Position numbers and translations under genes: made by a program. From an uncultured Gammaproteobacteria bacterium (GTDB taxonomy: Bacteria; Pseudomonadota; Gammaproteobacteria; DRLM01): a DNA stretch of 64,000 nt. This document shows, in pieces, positions 9,015 to 19,934 of the stretch. The stretch lies in the NCBI GenBank assembly GCA_963729605.1, contig CAVSNY010000007.1:416001-480000 (forward strand). Reading direction: 5' to 3'. How positions within the stretch are numbered: position 1 is the first letter of the stretch; each line of letters starts with the position of its first letter. The notes beneath the pieces are model-generated. The model searched no databases and was not told the origin of the DNA. It saw nothing but the letters and a program-made list of their open reading frames with translations.

Positions 9015-10054
9015 AGATGCCATTCCCGCGGTATTTCCTCGCTGGTAAACGGCGCGACGTCCAGTTCATAAGCGCGGCCGTCTTTTTCGGTCACCGCGAT
9101 GCGCACGCTGGCTTCGTCGCGGCCTTGGCAGTAGCGGGCGGTGAGCCGCGCCGCGAGCCGGATGTCGTCGGCGTCGGCGCTGCCGTCGATCAGGGCCAGC
9201 GAGCCGTTGTGGCCGGCCGGCCGCAGGTGGGTGAACTGGCGGCGATAACCTTCCAGAAAATTATTTTCGCCTTCTTCGCGGCCGATGATCAGTTTGAAGT
9301 GCGGCCGCGGCCGCAGATGGCGGCCCACCTTGAGCAGCATGATGTCGTCGAGCTCGTAGTGTTTGCCGGCCCCGGTTTGCCACAGGTCTTGCAGCTTGCG
9401 GGTGTAATTCGGATCGGTGAGAAAACAGCAGCCGCCGGCCGGTTGGGCGTATTCGCTGATTTTAAACTGGGCCGCCAGCGCCATTTGCGGTTTGCGCGAA
9501 CGGCCGCTGAATTTGAGCAGGCGTTCGCGGTCCACCCAGCCTTCGCGCTCGGGCAGGGTGGGCGGCAACAACTGGGCGCACAGCGGCCGCAACAAACGGT
9601 CGCCCGCGCCGGATTCCCGGGCGATGATGGGAAAGGTGTCGCGCCGCTGCGACATCGGCCGCTGGCCGAGCACTTCCCCGGTGATGATGAAGTCGAAGCC
9701 GTTCTCCTCCATCCAGCGATGGGCTTGTCCCACCATGAAACCCTTGCAGTCCAGACAGGGATTGAGGTGGGCGCCGTAACCGTGTTTTGGGTTGAGCACC
9801 ACGTCTTTATATTCTTCCACCACGTCGATGATGTGCAGCTTGATGCCGAGCTGTTCCGCCACCCACAGCGCGTTGTTGCGCTTGGGCTTGGCGCCCTCGT
9901 GTTTACGGATGGCGTGGGTGTGGCCCTCCACGCAAAAGCCGGTGAAGAAATTGATGCCTTCGACGTGCACGCCTTGCTCGAGGATGACTTGCGCCGCCAG
10001 CATGGAGTCGAGACCGCCGGAGATGAGCGCCACGGCTTTTCGGGGTGAGGTCAT
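9011..10054 (-). CDS. ThiI/MnmA-like PP-loop tRNA sulfurtransferase (DUF814-associated type)
   Basis: SGGLDS PP-loop, NPCLDC, TGEVLGQRPMSQ, PAGGCC, KVGRHLR. Translationally coupled to the TusA-like gene. Confidence 0.75.
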   Translation of the reverse strand: MTSPRKAVALISGGLDSMLAAQVILEQGVHVEGINFFTGFCVEGHTHAIRKHEGAKPKRNNALWVAEQLGIKLHIIDVVEEYKDVVLNPKHGYGAHLNPCLDCKGFMVGQAHRWMEENGFDFIITGEVLGQRPMSQRRDTFPIIARESGAGDRLLRPLCAQLLPPTLPEREGWVDRERLLKFSGRSRKPQMALAAQFKISEYAQPAGGCCFLTDPNYTRKLQDLWQTGAGKHYELDDIMLLKVGRHLRPRPHFKLIIGREEGENNFLEGYRRQFTHLRPAGHNGSLALIDGSADADDIRLAARLTARYCQGRDEASVRIAVTEKDGRAYELDVAPFTSEEIPREWHL

Positions 10055-10104
10055 GGGCGATTCGCGTTAGATCGGGGTGGAGGTGTGAGGGGCCGGAGAA
10101 TAGC

Positions 10105-10141
10105 AAAAAAGCGGGGGCGGGGGAATTCCCGCCGCCCCCGC
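10105..10141 (-). terminator. Rho-independent terminator
   Basis: GCGGGGGCGG...CCGCCCCCGC stem with a T6 tail on the minus strand. Confidence 0.75.
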
Positions 10142-10148
10142 CGCGGGA

Positions 10149-10727
10149 TCAGTGTCGGCGGTTGCCGTTTTTGCCGGTGACCGCGAGGGGCGTGGCGCCG
10201 GTGGCCCGCCGCAGGGTTTTCAGCGCCTGGGCGCTGCCGGTGTCGCGCCAGAGTTCGTAAGCCCGCAACGGATCGAGTTGTGGCGGCTGCCCCAGTTCGC
10301 GCATGGCTTGCAGGATGTCCATCAGGCTGACGAAGGCGGCGGCGAGGCGCTGGTACAACTCGGCGGCGCTGTTGCCGAGACGTTCAGCGAGCTGCTGGTA
10401 AGCCCCGCGGCCGAGATCGACGAAATAACTCACCTGCACCCGGCGGCGGGTGGCGCGTTCGGGGAACAGGCCGGAGTAGAGCAGGCATTTGTCGCCGACC
10501 TCGCGCAGTTGGTCTTGGGCCAGATGACCGGAGAGCTGCATGCCGCGCAGATAATCGAGCGCCAGCACGCTGCCGGCCAACTCGGGTTTTTCAGTGAAGC
10601 GGATCAGCAGGAAGACCAGATAACTCTCCATGTCTTCGTCGAGGGAGCGTTCGGCCGCGGCCTCCGCTTCATTGACCAGGGTGACCCATTCATCGGTGAC
10701 GTTTGCCCTTACCACAAAATTTTTCAT
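10149..10727 (-). CDS. Conserved hypothetical protein
   Basis: GGAGG RBS and host-like codon usage. ESYLVFLL.RF and LREVGDKCLL.SGLFP motifs that I associate with gammaproteobacterial hypotheticals. Confidence 0.75.
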   Translation of the reverse strand: MKNFVVRANVTDEWVTLVNEAEAAAERSLDEDMESYLVFLLIRFTEKPELAGSVLALDYLRGMQLSGHLAQDQLREVGDKCLLYSGLFPERATRRRVQVSYFVDLGRGAYQQLAERLGNSAAELYQRLAAAFVSLMDILQAMRELGQPPQLDPLRAYELWRDTGSAQALKTLRRATGATPLAVTGKNGNRRH

Positions 10728-10940
10728 GATGGCCTCCGTTTCACTATAGATATCGGCTGCGCTACCGATGATTTAAGCAGCAACGAACGTGCCGGCCCGG
10801 CCTTGTGCCGGATCGATATTTAATACGACAATCGCTGGCGCGCGGAAAATGGATGAAGTGTGCGGCGCCGCCAGCCGGCTCCCCTCGATCGCGGGCGCCC
10901 GAAGTCGGTGATAAAAATGACTCAACTTAAGGAATGGCGT

Positions 10941-11939
10941 ATGCCGCGACTAACGAGCGAACAGGGACAAGTCCGTGGTGGCCGCATCAGCCGCTCGCCG
11001 AAGGGGCCGCGCGCCTTGTTCGGTTTGGCGATCCTGGCCGGCTGCTCCACGGCGGTTTCGGCCGCCGACGTGGAGGCGGATGCGTCTTTCGGGCTCGGTT
11101 ACCGCGACGCCGAACTGATGTGGAATATCGCCGGTACCCTGGCCGGGACGCAGCCCAATATCCTCTCCGAGCTCAGGTGGAAAGACTTGCAGATAGCGGA
11201 GGTGCACGCCGCCGGTGAAGTGGACGTGGATAAGCGTCTTTTGCTGCGCGGCCGCGCCGCTTACGGCGAGGTGGTCGAGGGCGAAAATCAAGATTCCGAT
11301 TACGCCGGTGATAACCGCACCCTCGAATTCAGCCGCTCCAATAATAAAGGCGGCGGTCAGGTGGGCGAGGCCACCCTGGGCGTGGGTTATCAATTTTGGT
11401 GGTATGACGGCACCGTGGGCCGCTACGCGCGCTTCACGCCGATGTTCGGTTATGCCTGGCGCGGCCACTATCTGACCATCCGTGACGGCAGGCAAACCAT
11501 CCCGGCCGGCGCCGCGGGGCCCATCGCCGGTCTCGACTCGCGTTACGACGCCGAGTGGCAGGGGCCGTGGCTGGGTTTTACCATGCTGATGGATGCCACC
11601 GATCGCACCCGCGTGACGCTGGATGTGGAATATCACTACGCCGATTATCGCGCCGAGGCCGATTGGAATCTGCGTACCGATCTCGCCCATCCGGTGAGCT
11701 TCCTTCATGAAACCCGCGCCACCGGCGTGGTGGTGGGATTGGAGGTGCGTCACGACCTCACCCCCTCTTGGGCGATCACCACCCGCTTCGAATCGCAGAA
11801 TTTCGAAGGCGAAGCGGGGCTCGATACCGTCAACCTGATCGATGAAGACACCGGCGCGCTGAATCCGACGGTGACGCGCTTCAATACCGCGAAATGGGAG
11901 TCGTTGACCGCCACCCTCATGGCCACTTGGCGTTTTTGA
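10941..11939 (+). CDS. Outer-membrane beta-barrel protein, omptin-like
   Basis: Signal-like N-terminus, SELRW and NQDSDY motifs, amphipathic strands, C-terminal WRF. Confidence 0.65.
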   Translation: MPRLTSEQGQVRGGRISRSPKGPRALFGLAILAGCSTAVSAADVEADASFGLGYRDAELMWNIAGTLAGTQPNILSELRWKDLQIAEVHAAGEVDVDKRLLLRGRAAYGEVVEGENQDSDYAGDNRTLEFSRSNNKGGGQVGEATLGVGYQFWWYDGTVGRYARFTPMFGYAWRGHYLTIRDGRQTIPAGAAGPIAGLDSRYDAEWQGPWLGFTMLMDATDRTRVTLDVEYHYADYRAEADWNLRTDLAHPVSFLHETRATGVVVGLEVRHDLTPSWAITTRFESQNFEGEAGLDTVNLIDEDTGALNPTVTRFNTAKWESLTATLMATWRF

Positions 11940-12024
11940 GCGCCGTCGCGCTACATAAGCGCGGCCGCCCACGTTATAATCCCTCCCTTTTTAGCCATTC
12001 CCGATTCGTAACCGAGCCGCCGCC

Positions 12025-12975
12025 ATGCCTCACACCGCCGGCGCGTCCCCAGCGGCGCGCGATGTCGTCACCTTCCAGGGTTTGATCCTGGTCCTGCAGG
12101 AATACTGGGCCGCCCAGGGCTGCGTGATCCTGCAACCCTACGACATGGAAGTGGGCGCGGGCACCTTTCACCCCGCCACTTTTTTGCGCGCGATCGGTCC
12201 CGAGCCCTGGCGCGCCGCCTACGTGCAGCCTTCGCGGCGTCCCGCCGACGGCCGTTACGGCGACAACCCCAATCGCCTGCAACACTATTATCAGTTTCAA
12301 GTGGTACTCAAGCCGTCGCCGCTGGCGATACAGGATTTGTATCTCGGCTCCTTGCGCCGGCTCGGCCTCGATCCGCTCACCCACGACATCCGCTTCGTCG
12401 AAGACAATTGGGAATCACCGACCTTGGGCGCGTGGGGTCTCGGCTGGGAGGTGTGGCTCAACGGCATGGAAGTCACCCAGTTCACCTATTTCCAACAGGT
12501 CGGCGGCCTCGATTGTTTTCCCGTCACCGGCGAGATCACCTACGGCCTCGAACGCATCGCCATGTATCTGCAAGGCGTGGAGAGCGTCTTTGATTTAGTG
12601 TGGACCGACGGCCCCGCCGGCAAGGTCACCTACGGCGATGTGTTCCATCAAAACGAGGTGGAGATGTCCACCTACAACTTCGAACACGCCGACACCGCCG
12701 CGCTGTTCGGCTGGTTCGACACCTGCGAAAAAGAGAGCAATAAATTGATCGAGGCCGGCTTGCCGCTGCCCGCGTATGAAATGGTGTTGAAGGCCTCGCA
12801 CACCTTCAATCTGCTCGACGCGCGCCGCGCCATCTCCGTCACCGAACGGCAGCGCTACATCTTGCGGGTGCGCGCGCTGGCGCGCGCCGTCGCCGCGGCG
12901 TATTACGCGCGGCGCGAGGCGCTGGGATTCCCGATGGCGTCGCAGTCGCAGTCGCAGGAGGTGGCCGGTGGCTGA
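12025..12975 (+). CDS. glyQ: Glycine--tRNA ligase alpha subunit
   Basis: [30 protein letters not shown]. Confidence 0.97.
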   Translation: MPHTAGASPAARDVVTFQGLILVLQEYWAAQGCVILQPYDMEVGAGTFHPATFLRAIGPEPWRAAYVQPSRRPADGRYGDNPNRLQHYYQFQVVLKPSPLAIQDLYLGSLRRLGLDPLTHDIRFVEDNWESPTLGAWGLGWEVWLNGMEVTQFTYFQQVGGLDCFPVTGEITYGLERIAMYLQGVESVFDLVWTDGPAGKVTYGDVFHQNEVEMSTYNFEHADTAALFGWFDTCEKESNKLIEAGLPLPAYEMVLKASHTFNLLDARRAISVTERQRYILRVRALARAVAAAYYARREALGFPMASQSQSQEVAGG

Positions 12976-15037
12976 GACGCGCGATTTATTGGTCGAGATC
13001 GGCACCGAGGAATTGCCGCCGAAGGCGCTGCGCCGTCTCGCCGAGGCCTTCGCCGACGGCGTGCGCGCCGGCCTCGCCAAACACGACTTGCGCCACGGCG
13101 AATTGCGCTATTACGCGACCCCGCGCCGGCTCGCGGTGATGGTGCGCGCCCTGCCGGTGACGCAGGGCGATCGGGTAGTGGAACGGCGCGGCCCGGCCTT
13201 GAGCGCGGCCTTCGACGACGAGGGCAATCCCACCAAGGCCTCGCTCGGTTTCGCGCGCTCCTGCAATGTCGCGGTCGATGCCCTGGAGCGTTTGGAGACC
13301 GAACAAGGCGCGTGGCTGGTGTGCCGCAGCGTGCAGCGGGGCGTCGCGACCCGCGAACTCATTCCGGCCATCGTCGAATCGGCTTTGTCCGCGTTGCCGG
13401 TGCCGAAGCGCATGCGCTGGGGTGATCTCCGCGCCGAATTCGTGCGGCCGGTGCACTGGCTGGTGTTGCTGTTCGGCGATGAGGTAATCGATGCGGAACT
13501 GTACGGCGTGTCCGCCGGGCGCGAGACCCGCGGCCATCGTTATCATCACCCCGCGCCGATGTATCTCGCCGAGCCCGCGGTCTACGCGCCGCTGCTGGAG
13601 ACCGAGGGTCATGTGCTGGCGGATTTCGCCGAACGCAAAGAGGCGATCCGCGGTCAGATCGCCGAGACCGCGCGCGCGGCGGGCGGCGCGGCGGTGATCG
13701 ACGAGGCCCTGCTCGACGAAGTGACCGCGCTGGTGGAATGGCCGGTGGCCTTGCTCGGCGACTTCGAGGCGCGTTTTCTCGCGTTGCCGCCCGAGCCGCT
13801 GATTTCGACGATGAAGGGCAATCAGAAATATTTTCACGTGGTCGATGCCGCGGGAAAATTGCTGCCGCACTTCATCACCGTGTGCAACATCGAAAGCCGC
13901 GATCCCGCCCAGGTGCGCGCCGGCAACGAGCGGGTGATCCGCCCGCGCTTCAGCGACGCGGCGTTTTTCTGGGAACAGGATCGCCGCCAGACTTTGGAGC
14001 AGCGCGTCGATACGCTCAAGACCGTGTTATTCCAGGCCAAGCTCGGCAGCGTCTACGACAAGTCGCAGCGCACCGCCGCGCTGGCCGGCGAAATCGCCGC
14101 GCAGCTCGGCGCCGACCGCGCGCTGGCCGAACAGGCGGCGCGTCTCGCCAAATGCGATTTGTTAACGAATATGGTGAACGAGTTTCCCGAGTTGCAGGGT
14201 TTGATGGGCCGTTACTACGCCTTGGCGGAAGGGCTGCCCGCGGAGTTGGCCGAGGCGCTCGATGAACAATACCTGCCGCGCCAGGCCGGCGACCGTCTGC
14301 CCGCCACCGCCACCGGCCGCGCGCTCGCGATCGCCGACAAGCTCGATACCTTGGTGGGCATCTTCGCCATCGGCCAGGTGCCGAGCGGCGACAAAGATCC
14401 TTACGCGCTGCGCCGCGCCGCGCTGGGCGCGCTGCGCATCATCATCGAATGCGCGCTGCCGCTGGATGTGGAGGCCTTGCTCAAACGCGCCGCGCACAGT
14501 TACGGCGGCGTGGCCGCCGCCGGTGTCGCGGATGCGGTATTCGATTTCATGATGGAACGGCTGCGCGCCTATTATCTCGACGCCGGCATCCGCCCCGATG
14601 TCTTCGAGGCGGTGCTCGCCAACCGGCCGACCCGGCCCCATGATTTCGACCTGCGCATCCGCGCCGTCGCGGTGTTTCGCGACTTGCCGGAGGCGGAGAG
14701 CCTGGCGGCGGCCAACAAGCGTATCCGCAATCTACTCAAGCAGGCGGAAGGCGAAGCCGCCGCCGTGGTGCAGGCGGACCAGTTGCTGGAACCCGCCGAG
14801 CGCGCGCTGCATCAGCAATTGAGCGCCCTGCGCGACGAGGTGTCGGCTTTATTCGATGCCGGCGACTACACCGCCGCGTTGCGCCGCCTGGCGAGTCTTC
14901 GCGCAGCGGTGGATGTCTTCTTCGACACGGTGATGGTGATGACCGACGACGCGGCGCTGCGCCGCAACCGCATCGCCTTGCTGGCGGCGCTGCACGGCCT
15001 GTTCTCGCGCGCGGCGGATTTGTCGCGTTTGCAGTGA
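12968..15037 (+). CDS. glyS: Glycine--tRNA ligase beta subunit
   Basis: [32 protein letters not shown]. Confidence 0.97.
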   Translation: MAETRDLLVEIGTEELPPKALRRLAEAFADGVRAGLAKHDLRHGELRYYATPRRLAVMVRALPVTQGDRVVERRGPALSAAFDDEGNPTKASLGFARSCNVAVDALERLETEQGAWLVCRSVQRGVATRELIPAIVESALSALPVPKRMRWGDLRAEFVRPVHWLVLLFGDEVIDAELYGVSAGRETRGHRYHHPAPMYLAEPAVYAPLLETEGHVLADFAERKEAIRGQIAETARAAGGAAVIDEALLDEVTALVEWPVALLGDFEARFLALPPEPLISTMKGNQKYFHVVDAAGKLLPHFITVCNIESRDPAQVRAGNERVIRPRFSDAAFFWEQDRRQTLEQRVDTLKTVLFQAKLGSVYDKSQRTAALAGEIAAQLGADRALAEQAARLAKCDLLTNMVNEFPELQGLMGRYYALAEGLPAELAEALDEQYLPRQAGDRLPATATGRALAIADKLDTLVGIFAIGQVPSGDKDPYALRRAALGALRIIIECALPLDVEALLKRAAHSYGGVAAAGVADAVFDFMMERLRAYYLDAGIRPDVFEAVLANRPTRPHDFDLRIRAVAVFRDLPEAESLAAANKRIRNLLKQAEGEAAAVVQADQLLEPAERALHQQLSALRDEVSALFDAGDYTAALRRLASLRAAVDVFFDTVMVMTDDAALRRNRIALLAALHGLFSRAADLSRLQ

Positions 15038-15214
15038 AGCAAGAAATAAATGGACCACCGAGGACCCGGAGCAGCCGTGTGTTGAAGTCTGGAATCGTAC
15101 TGACTCGGGCCAAGGTGCGGCATCCTACGCCGCTTATCCGCGTGCGCAACATGCCGGCGTTGGTTATTCGTTCCACGTGCGTTATGCCCTCCGCGGCAAA
15201 GGTTGATGCTTAAC

Positions 15215-15778
15215 ATGAAACTGATCATTCTCGACCGCGACGGCGTGATCAACCACGACTCCGACGACTACATCAAGTCGCCGGACGAGTGGTTGCCGAT
15301 CCCCGGCAGCCTCGAGGCCATCGCCCGTTTGAACCGCGCCGGTTACCGGGTGGTGGTGGCGAGCAATCAATCGGGTCTGGCGCGGGGCCTGTTCGATATG
15401 GACACCTTGACCCGGATACACGACAAACTGCACCGCGCCCTGGCCGGGACGGGCGGCGCGGTGGAGGCGATTTTTTTCTGTCCCCATGCCCCCGCCGACG
15501 ACTGCGCCTGCCGCAAACCCAAACCGGGTCTGTTGCTCGATATCGCCGCGCGTTTGCAGATCCAGCTTGGCGCCGTGCCGATGGTCGGCGATACCCTGCG
15601 CGATGTGCAGGCGGCGCGCGCGGCGGGCGCGCGGCCGATCCTGGTGAGGACCGGCAAGGGCGCATGGACCGAACTCCAAGGTGAAGGACTGCAAGAAGTG
15701 CCGGTGTATGACGATCTCGCCGCGGCGGTGGATGCCTTGCTCGACGAGCAGGCCGGCGCGGACGCCGCGGGGCGCTGA
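15215..15778 (+). CDS. gmhB: D-glycero-beta-D-manno-heptose 1,7-bisphosphate 7-phosphatase
   Basis: LDRDGVIN HAD motif, CPH...C.CRKPKPG. glyS-gmhB-plsC synteny. Confidence 0.93.
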   Translation: MKLIILDRDGVINHDSDDYIKSPDEWLPIPGSLEAIARLNRAGYRVVVASNQSGLARGLFDMDTLTRIHDKLHRALAGTGGAVEAIFFCPHAPADDCACRKPKPGLLLDIAARLQIQLGAVPMVGDTLRDVQAARAAGARPILVRTGKGAWTELQGEGLQEVPVYDDLAAAVDALLDEQAGADAAGR

Positions 15779-16578
15779 TGAGCGTATCCGCCGAACCTTC
15801 ACGGCACGATCCGGCGCCGGGCTCGTGGTGGCGTTCGGTTTTATTCAACGCGGGCATGTCGATTTCCACCTTGATCTTCGCCCCGCTCAGCGTGCTCACG
15901 TTTCCCCTGCCTTATCGTTGGCGCTACGGTTTCATCACGCAATGGTCGCGGTTCAATCTATGGTGGCTGGGCGTGACCTGCCGGGTGTTTTACGTGGTGG
16001 AAGGGCGCGAACACCTGCCGGCCGGTCCGGTCATCGTGCTGGCCAAACATCAATCGGCCTTCGAGACCCTGGCCTTTCAACGCATCTTTCCGCCCCAGGT
16101 GTGGGTGCTCAAGCGCGAGCTGTTGTGGGTGCCGTTTTTCGGTTGGGGCTTGGCGATGCTGGAGCCCATCGCCATCGACCGCAAGGCGGGGCGCAAGGCC
16201 TTGCAGCAATTATTGAGCGACGGCACGCAGCGTCTGAGTCGCGGCCGCTGGGTGGTGATTTTTCCCGAAGGCACGCGGATGGCCCCCGGCGCGCGCGGCC
16301 GTTACGCCCCCGGCGGCGCGATACTCGCGGAGCGCAGCGGTTATCCGGTGTTGCCGGTGGCGCACAATGCCGGCGAGTTTTGGCCGCGGCGCGGCTTCGT
16401 CAAACGGCCCGGCACGGTGCGTATCGTCATCGGGCCGCTCATCGAAAGCCGGGGCCGCGACGCGCAGGAAATAAACGCGCTGACCGAGCAGTGGATAGAG
16501 GCGACGATGCAGCGCATCGGCGCGCCGGACGGGTCGACGGAAAAAGCAGTGGAACAATCATCCCCGCCGTTGAAGTGA
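15778..16578 (+). CDS. plsC: 1-acyl-sn-glycerol-3-phosphate acyltransferase
   Basis: KHQSAFET, IDR, IFPEGTR. Confidence 0.9.
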   Translation: MSVSAEPSRHDPAPGSWWRSVLFNAGMSISTLIFAPLSVLTFPLPYRWRYGFITQWSRFNLWWLGVTCRVFYVVEGREHLPAGPVIVLAKHQSAFETLAFQRIFPPQVWVLKRELLWVPFFGWGLAMLEPIAIDRKAGRKALQQLLSDGTQRLSRGRWVVIFPEGTRMAPGARGRYAPGGAILAERSGYPVLPVAHNAGEFWPRRGFVKRPGTVRIVIGPLIESRGRDAQEINALTEQWIEATMQRIGAPDGSTEKAVEQSSPPLK

Positions 16579-16736
16579 AGAACCGCTTTGCTTTCACCTT
16601 TTAATCGAGCACCGGTCATTTCCTGGGCACGGCCGGAACGGTGGAGTTCCGATGACAATGCGCAAGGGCGGTTCCATTGACCTCGTCGTGCGCGCCCGGC
16701 CGTCGCTATCGACGCCTTTGTCTCCCGCGATACAGG

Positions 16737-17489
16737 CTACCCGGCCACACTCTGCCGCCGGCCCGCGACTATTGAGAACGCGATGGCCACCGCCACCAGC
16801 GAGAGCACGATGGCCGCTCCGGCCGGGAGATCCCAGATTGCCGAGGCGATGAGGCCGAGCGCGTAGCCGAATGCGCCGACCAGGTAGCCGCGCCACAACC
16901 GCGTGCCGGTGATCAACGCTGGGATAATCAGGCTGGCGAACACCAGATAAACGCCGATCACTTGCACCGAGACGGTGATCATCACCGCGAACAGCAGATA
17001 AAATCCCAGCGAGGAGTCCTTGAGCTTGAGCCCGAACCACGCGCCGAGTACCACGAGGGTGACGAGGCCGAGCGGCGGCAGATCGGCCCAGGTGCTCCAG
17101 AGGATTTGTCCGACCAGCAGTTCCTTGAGGTGTTCACCGCCGCGCGGGTCGTGGCTCATCAACAGCAGCGCCGCGCAGGCGGCGGCGACGAAGCTCACGC
17201 CGATGATGGCCTCCTGCCGCGCCGGGTTGCGGCGTTCGGTCCAATGCAACAACAAGGCGCCGGCCAGCGCCGCGCTCACCGCGCCAAGCTGGGTAAGCCA
17301 GGGTGAATCGACGCCGACCAGCGTGTGCGCGAGGATGACGCCGAGCCCGGCGATCTGCGCGATGGCGAGATCGATGAAGATGATCCCGCGCCGTAACACC
17401 TCGCGACCGAGCGGCACATGGCTGGCCAGCACCAGCAGGCCGACGGTAAACGCCGGCAGCAGGATGCCGAGTGAGTCATGCGGATTCAT
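16737..17489 (-). CDS. Zn/Mn ABC transporter permease (ZnuB-like)
   Basis: LRRGIIFIDLAIAQ, EAIIG, SVQVIGVYLVFASLIIP. Confidence 0.88.
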   Translation of the reverse strand: MNPHDSLGILLPAFTVGLLVLASHVPLGREVLRRGIIFIDLAIAQIAGLGVILAHTLVGVDSPWLTQLGAVSAALAGALLLHWTERRNPARQEAIIGVSFVAAACAALLLMSHDPRGGEHLKELLVGQILWSTWADLPPLGLVTLVVLGAWFGLKLKDSSLGFYLLFAVMITVSVQVIGVYLVFASLIIPALITGTRLWRGYLVGAFGYALGLIASAIWDLPAGAAIVLSLVAVAIAFSIVAGRRQSVAG

Positions 17490-18388
17490 CGCAACGCCGC
17501 CTTGAGTCTGGCGACGGTTTCATCGAACAGCATGAACAGATCGCCGGTCTTTGGCGATCCACCCACGGTGTAGGGCAACTCCACCGCCGGGATGCCGCTA
17601 CGCGCGGCGATCCACTCCGCCGGGCGCGGCGAGTGATACGCTGCGCGCAGGGTCATGCGCGGGGGCTGGGCTTTGAGTCGATCGAGTAATCGGCCGAGGT
17701 GTGCAACCGAGGGTTCAATGCCGGGTTTGGGTTCGAGGTCGGCCACCACCACCAGTCCGAGCCAACGGGCGAGATAGGACCAGTTCTTGTGCTGCACCAG
17801 CACCGGCACGCCGCGTAACGGCGCGGCCTCGGTTTCCCAACGCGCGATGGCGATGCGCCAGCGTGTGGCGAAGTCGTTATGGCGCGCCGCGTAAACGGCG
17901 GCATTGGCCGGGTCGATCTCGGCGAGCCGCTGCGCCAGCGCTTCGGCCACCGGCAACAAATTGCGCGGGTCGGTATGCAGATGGGGATTGCCCGCCGCGT
18001 GCACATCCCCGTGCGCGCGATCCAGCGTCGTCGGTTGTTCGATGAGTGTGACGAACTGTGCCGCCTCGAAGTAACCGGGCCGGCCGGGCAGGATGCGCGG
18101 ATTGCCGGCTTCGCGTTGCAGCAACGGCAACCAGCCCGCTTCCAATTCCGCGCCGGTGCACACGATAAGGTCGGCATTGCGGGCGCGGACGATCAGCGAA
18201 GGCCGCGCCTCGATCCGATGTGGGTCTTGCCGCGCGGTGGTGGCGGAACTCACCCGTGCTGCCGGCCCGGCGAGTTCCTCGGTCAACGCCGCCCACTCCG
18301 GCTCGCAGGCGAGCACGTCGAGAGCGGCGTGGGCCGGCATGGCGATCCACGCCAACAGCCCCGTGAATAACAATGTGATGAAGCGCAT
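17486..18388 (-). CDS. Zn/Mn ABC transporter substrate-binding protein (ZnuA-like)
   Basis: QDPH, GDVHAAGNPH, EPKPGIEP, signal peptide. Confidence 0.9.
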   Translation of the reverse strand: MRFITLLFTGLLAWIAMPAHAALDVLACEPEWAALTEELAGPAARVSSATTARQDPHRIEARPSLIVRARNADLIVCTGAELEAGWLPLLQREAGNPRILPGRPGYFEAAQFVTLIEQPTTLDRAHGDVHAAGNPHLHTDPRNLLPVAEALAQRLAEIDPANAAVYAARHNDFATRWRIAIARWETEAAPLRGVPVLVQHKNWSYLARWLGLVVVADLEPKPGIEPSVAHLGRLLDRLKAQPPRMTLRAAYHSPRPAEWIAARSGIPAVELPYTVGGSPKTGDLFMLFDETVARLKAALR

Positions 18389-18473
18389 CGAAATACCTCA
18401 CATGTGCGGACAATGAAGGTTTCACCTTGCCGCATCTCCCTGGTAAAGCCGTCCTGGCAGGGGACGCGGCGGT

Positions 18474-18616
18474 TAGGGAAGCCTTGAATGATTCCCGGTG
18501 ATGCTCGGAGTAAACAAGTGCATGTTCGTTTCTCGGATTTGCAATGGCTAACCGCCATCGCAAAGGGCGGCACGTCCGTGTGCCGCGGGCATCTCCGCTT
18601 AAATCGGATGTCCTTA
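18474..18616 (+). mobile_element. MITE-like element, copy 2
   Basis: Left end TAGGGAAGCCTTGAATGA. Right part AAGGGCGGCACGTCCGTGTGCCGCGGGCATCTC...AAATCGGATGTCCTTA is homologous to 24459-24514. Confidence 0.65.
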
Positions 18617-19846
18617 GAACCGATGAACGCCATGCGCGCCGAGGCTGAGGATGTATTGCAGGGTCACCACATTGTCGGCGTCGCCCTGCATGGCCTGGTC
18701 GCGGGCGAGTTGCAGGCGCAAGCGCGAGAATTCGCTCGGCGAGAAATCCAGCATCACCGACTGCCGGTCCGGGTTGTAATCCGACACGGGCAGAGAGGCG
18801 TTGTTGGCGGCGAAGTCCGGTGTGCCGCTGTCGAGCCGGTCGTAGCGATACCCGGCCCGCCAGCGCGGCATGAATTGATACACCGCCTGCGCATACCAGC
18901 CTGATTGTTTGGCGCGATAGGCATCGGTGGTGCCGACGCAAGCCCCGCCGTCCGCGCTGTTGTCTTCGCAAGTTAATTCGCCGGTTTCATTGCGACGGAA
19001 ATATTCGGCCTGGAATTTGAGGTTGCGATGCTTCGGATTGCCGTCCGGCGCCCACTTCCAGACGAAATCGGCGATCCAGGTTTTGGAGGTGCCGCTGAAG
19101 TCGATTGCGGCCTCTTGGTCGCTGAGGTCCTCGAGTTCGCCGTGACGCTCTTGCGGTTTGGCGTGCAGGAAGGACAAGCCCGCCCGCCAACTGTTGGATA
19201 CGCCGACGTCATCGCCCATGCGCGCAAACGCCGCCCACATACCCGCGCCGTTGCGATCGCCGGCCGCTTCGGTGCCGGGAAAGTTCTGTCCGCGCGCGGC
19301 CTCCACGCCGAATTCCATGAAGGTGTCGGCGGGCGCCAGCCATTTTGCTTGTATCCCGTCGTGAATCAGATGTGTGCCGAACAACGCCTGGTACATCAAA
19401 CTGGTGTCGGAAAAATCCCAGGCATGCGGATGCAATTCGTTCTGATAACCGATGCCGGACAGGAACCGCCCGCCCTTGACGGTGAAGCCGTGGCTCAGTC
19501 CGAGGGTCTGGAACCAGGCCTCTTCGACCTCGGCGTGTTCATCGAGGAAGGCAAGATTGAGATAACCGCGAAACGCGTGATCCACATTGGCCGACATCAC
19601 CAGCTCGGTGTGGTCCAACGTGAAGCCGCGCTCGGCGCCGCCGTGCTCATGGTCGCCGGCGGGCAGGAAACCGGTGATGTGATGCTCGCCGGCATCGCGC
19701 GAGATGAATGCGCCCTGCAGGATCAAGGAAATTTCCGGATTGAAAGCGGTTTGGCCGCGTGCCGCGGTTTCCTGAGCGACGCTGCCGGTGCTGATGGCCA
19801 GCGTCAAGGCGCCGGCGAGATTGGCGGCGGTAGATTTAAAATACAT
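18614..19846 (-). CDS. Metal-uptake outer-membrane beta-barrel protein
   Basis: Signal peptide, FNPEISLIL, His-rich loop, HPHAWDF, SEFSRLRLQ, C-terminal GAHGVHRF. Confidence 0.8.
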   Translation of the reverse strand: MYFKSTAANLAGALTLAISTGSVAQETAARGQTAFNPEISLILQGAFISRDAGEHHITGFLPAGDHEHGGAERGFTLDHTELVMSANVDHAFRGYLNLAFLDEHAEVEEAWFQTLGLSHGFTVKGGRFLSGIGYQNELHPHAWDFSDTSLMYQALFGTHLIHDGIQAKWLAPADTFMEFGVEAARGQNFPGTEAAGDRNGAGMWAAFARMGDDVGVSNSWRAGLSFLHAKPQERHGELEDLSDQEAAIDFSGTSKTWIADFVWKWAPDGNPKHRNLKFQAEYFRRNETGELTCEDNSADGGACVGTTDAYRAKQSGWYAQAVYQFMPRWRAGYRYDRLDSGTPDFAANNASLPVSDYNPDRQSVMLDFSPSEFSRLRLQLARDQAMQGDADNVVTLQYILSLGAHGVHRF

Positions 19847-19934
19847 AGCGTGTTCTCCATTGAATGGCTGAATACATCGCACGCGCCGACCCGCAACGGG
19901 GTGGCGACGCGCAAGCAAATGGCCCGGGGGCCGG

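Noticed and set aside
10149-10727. DsrS-related sulfur-oxidation gene
   Set aside because: The resemblance is from memory only and there are no dsr genes in the window, so it is left as hypothetical.
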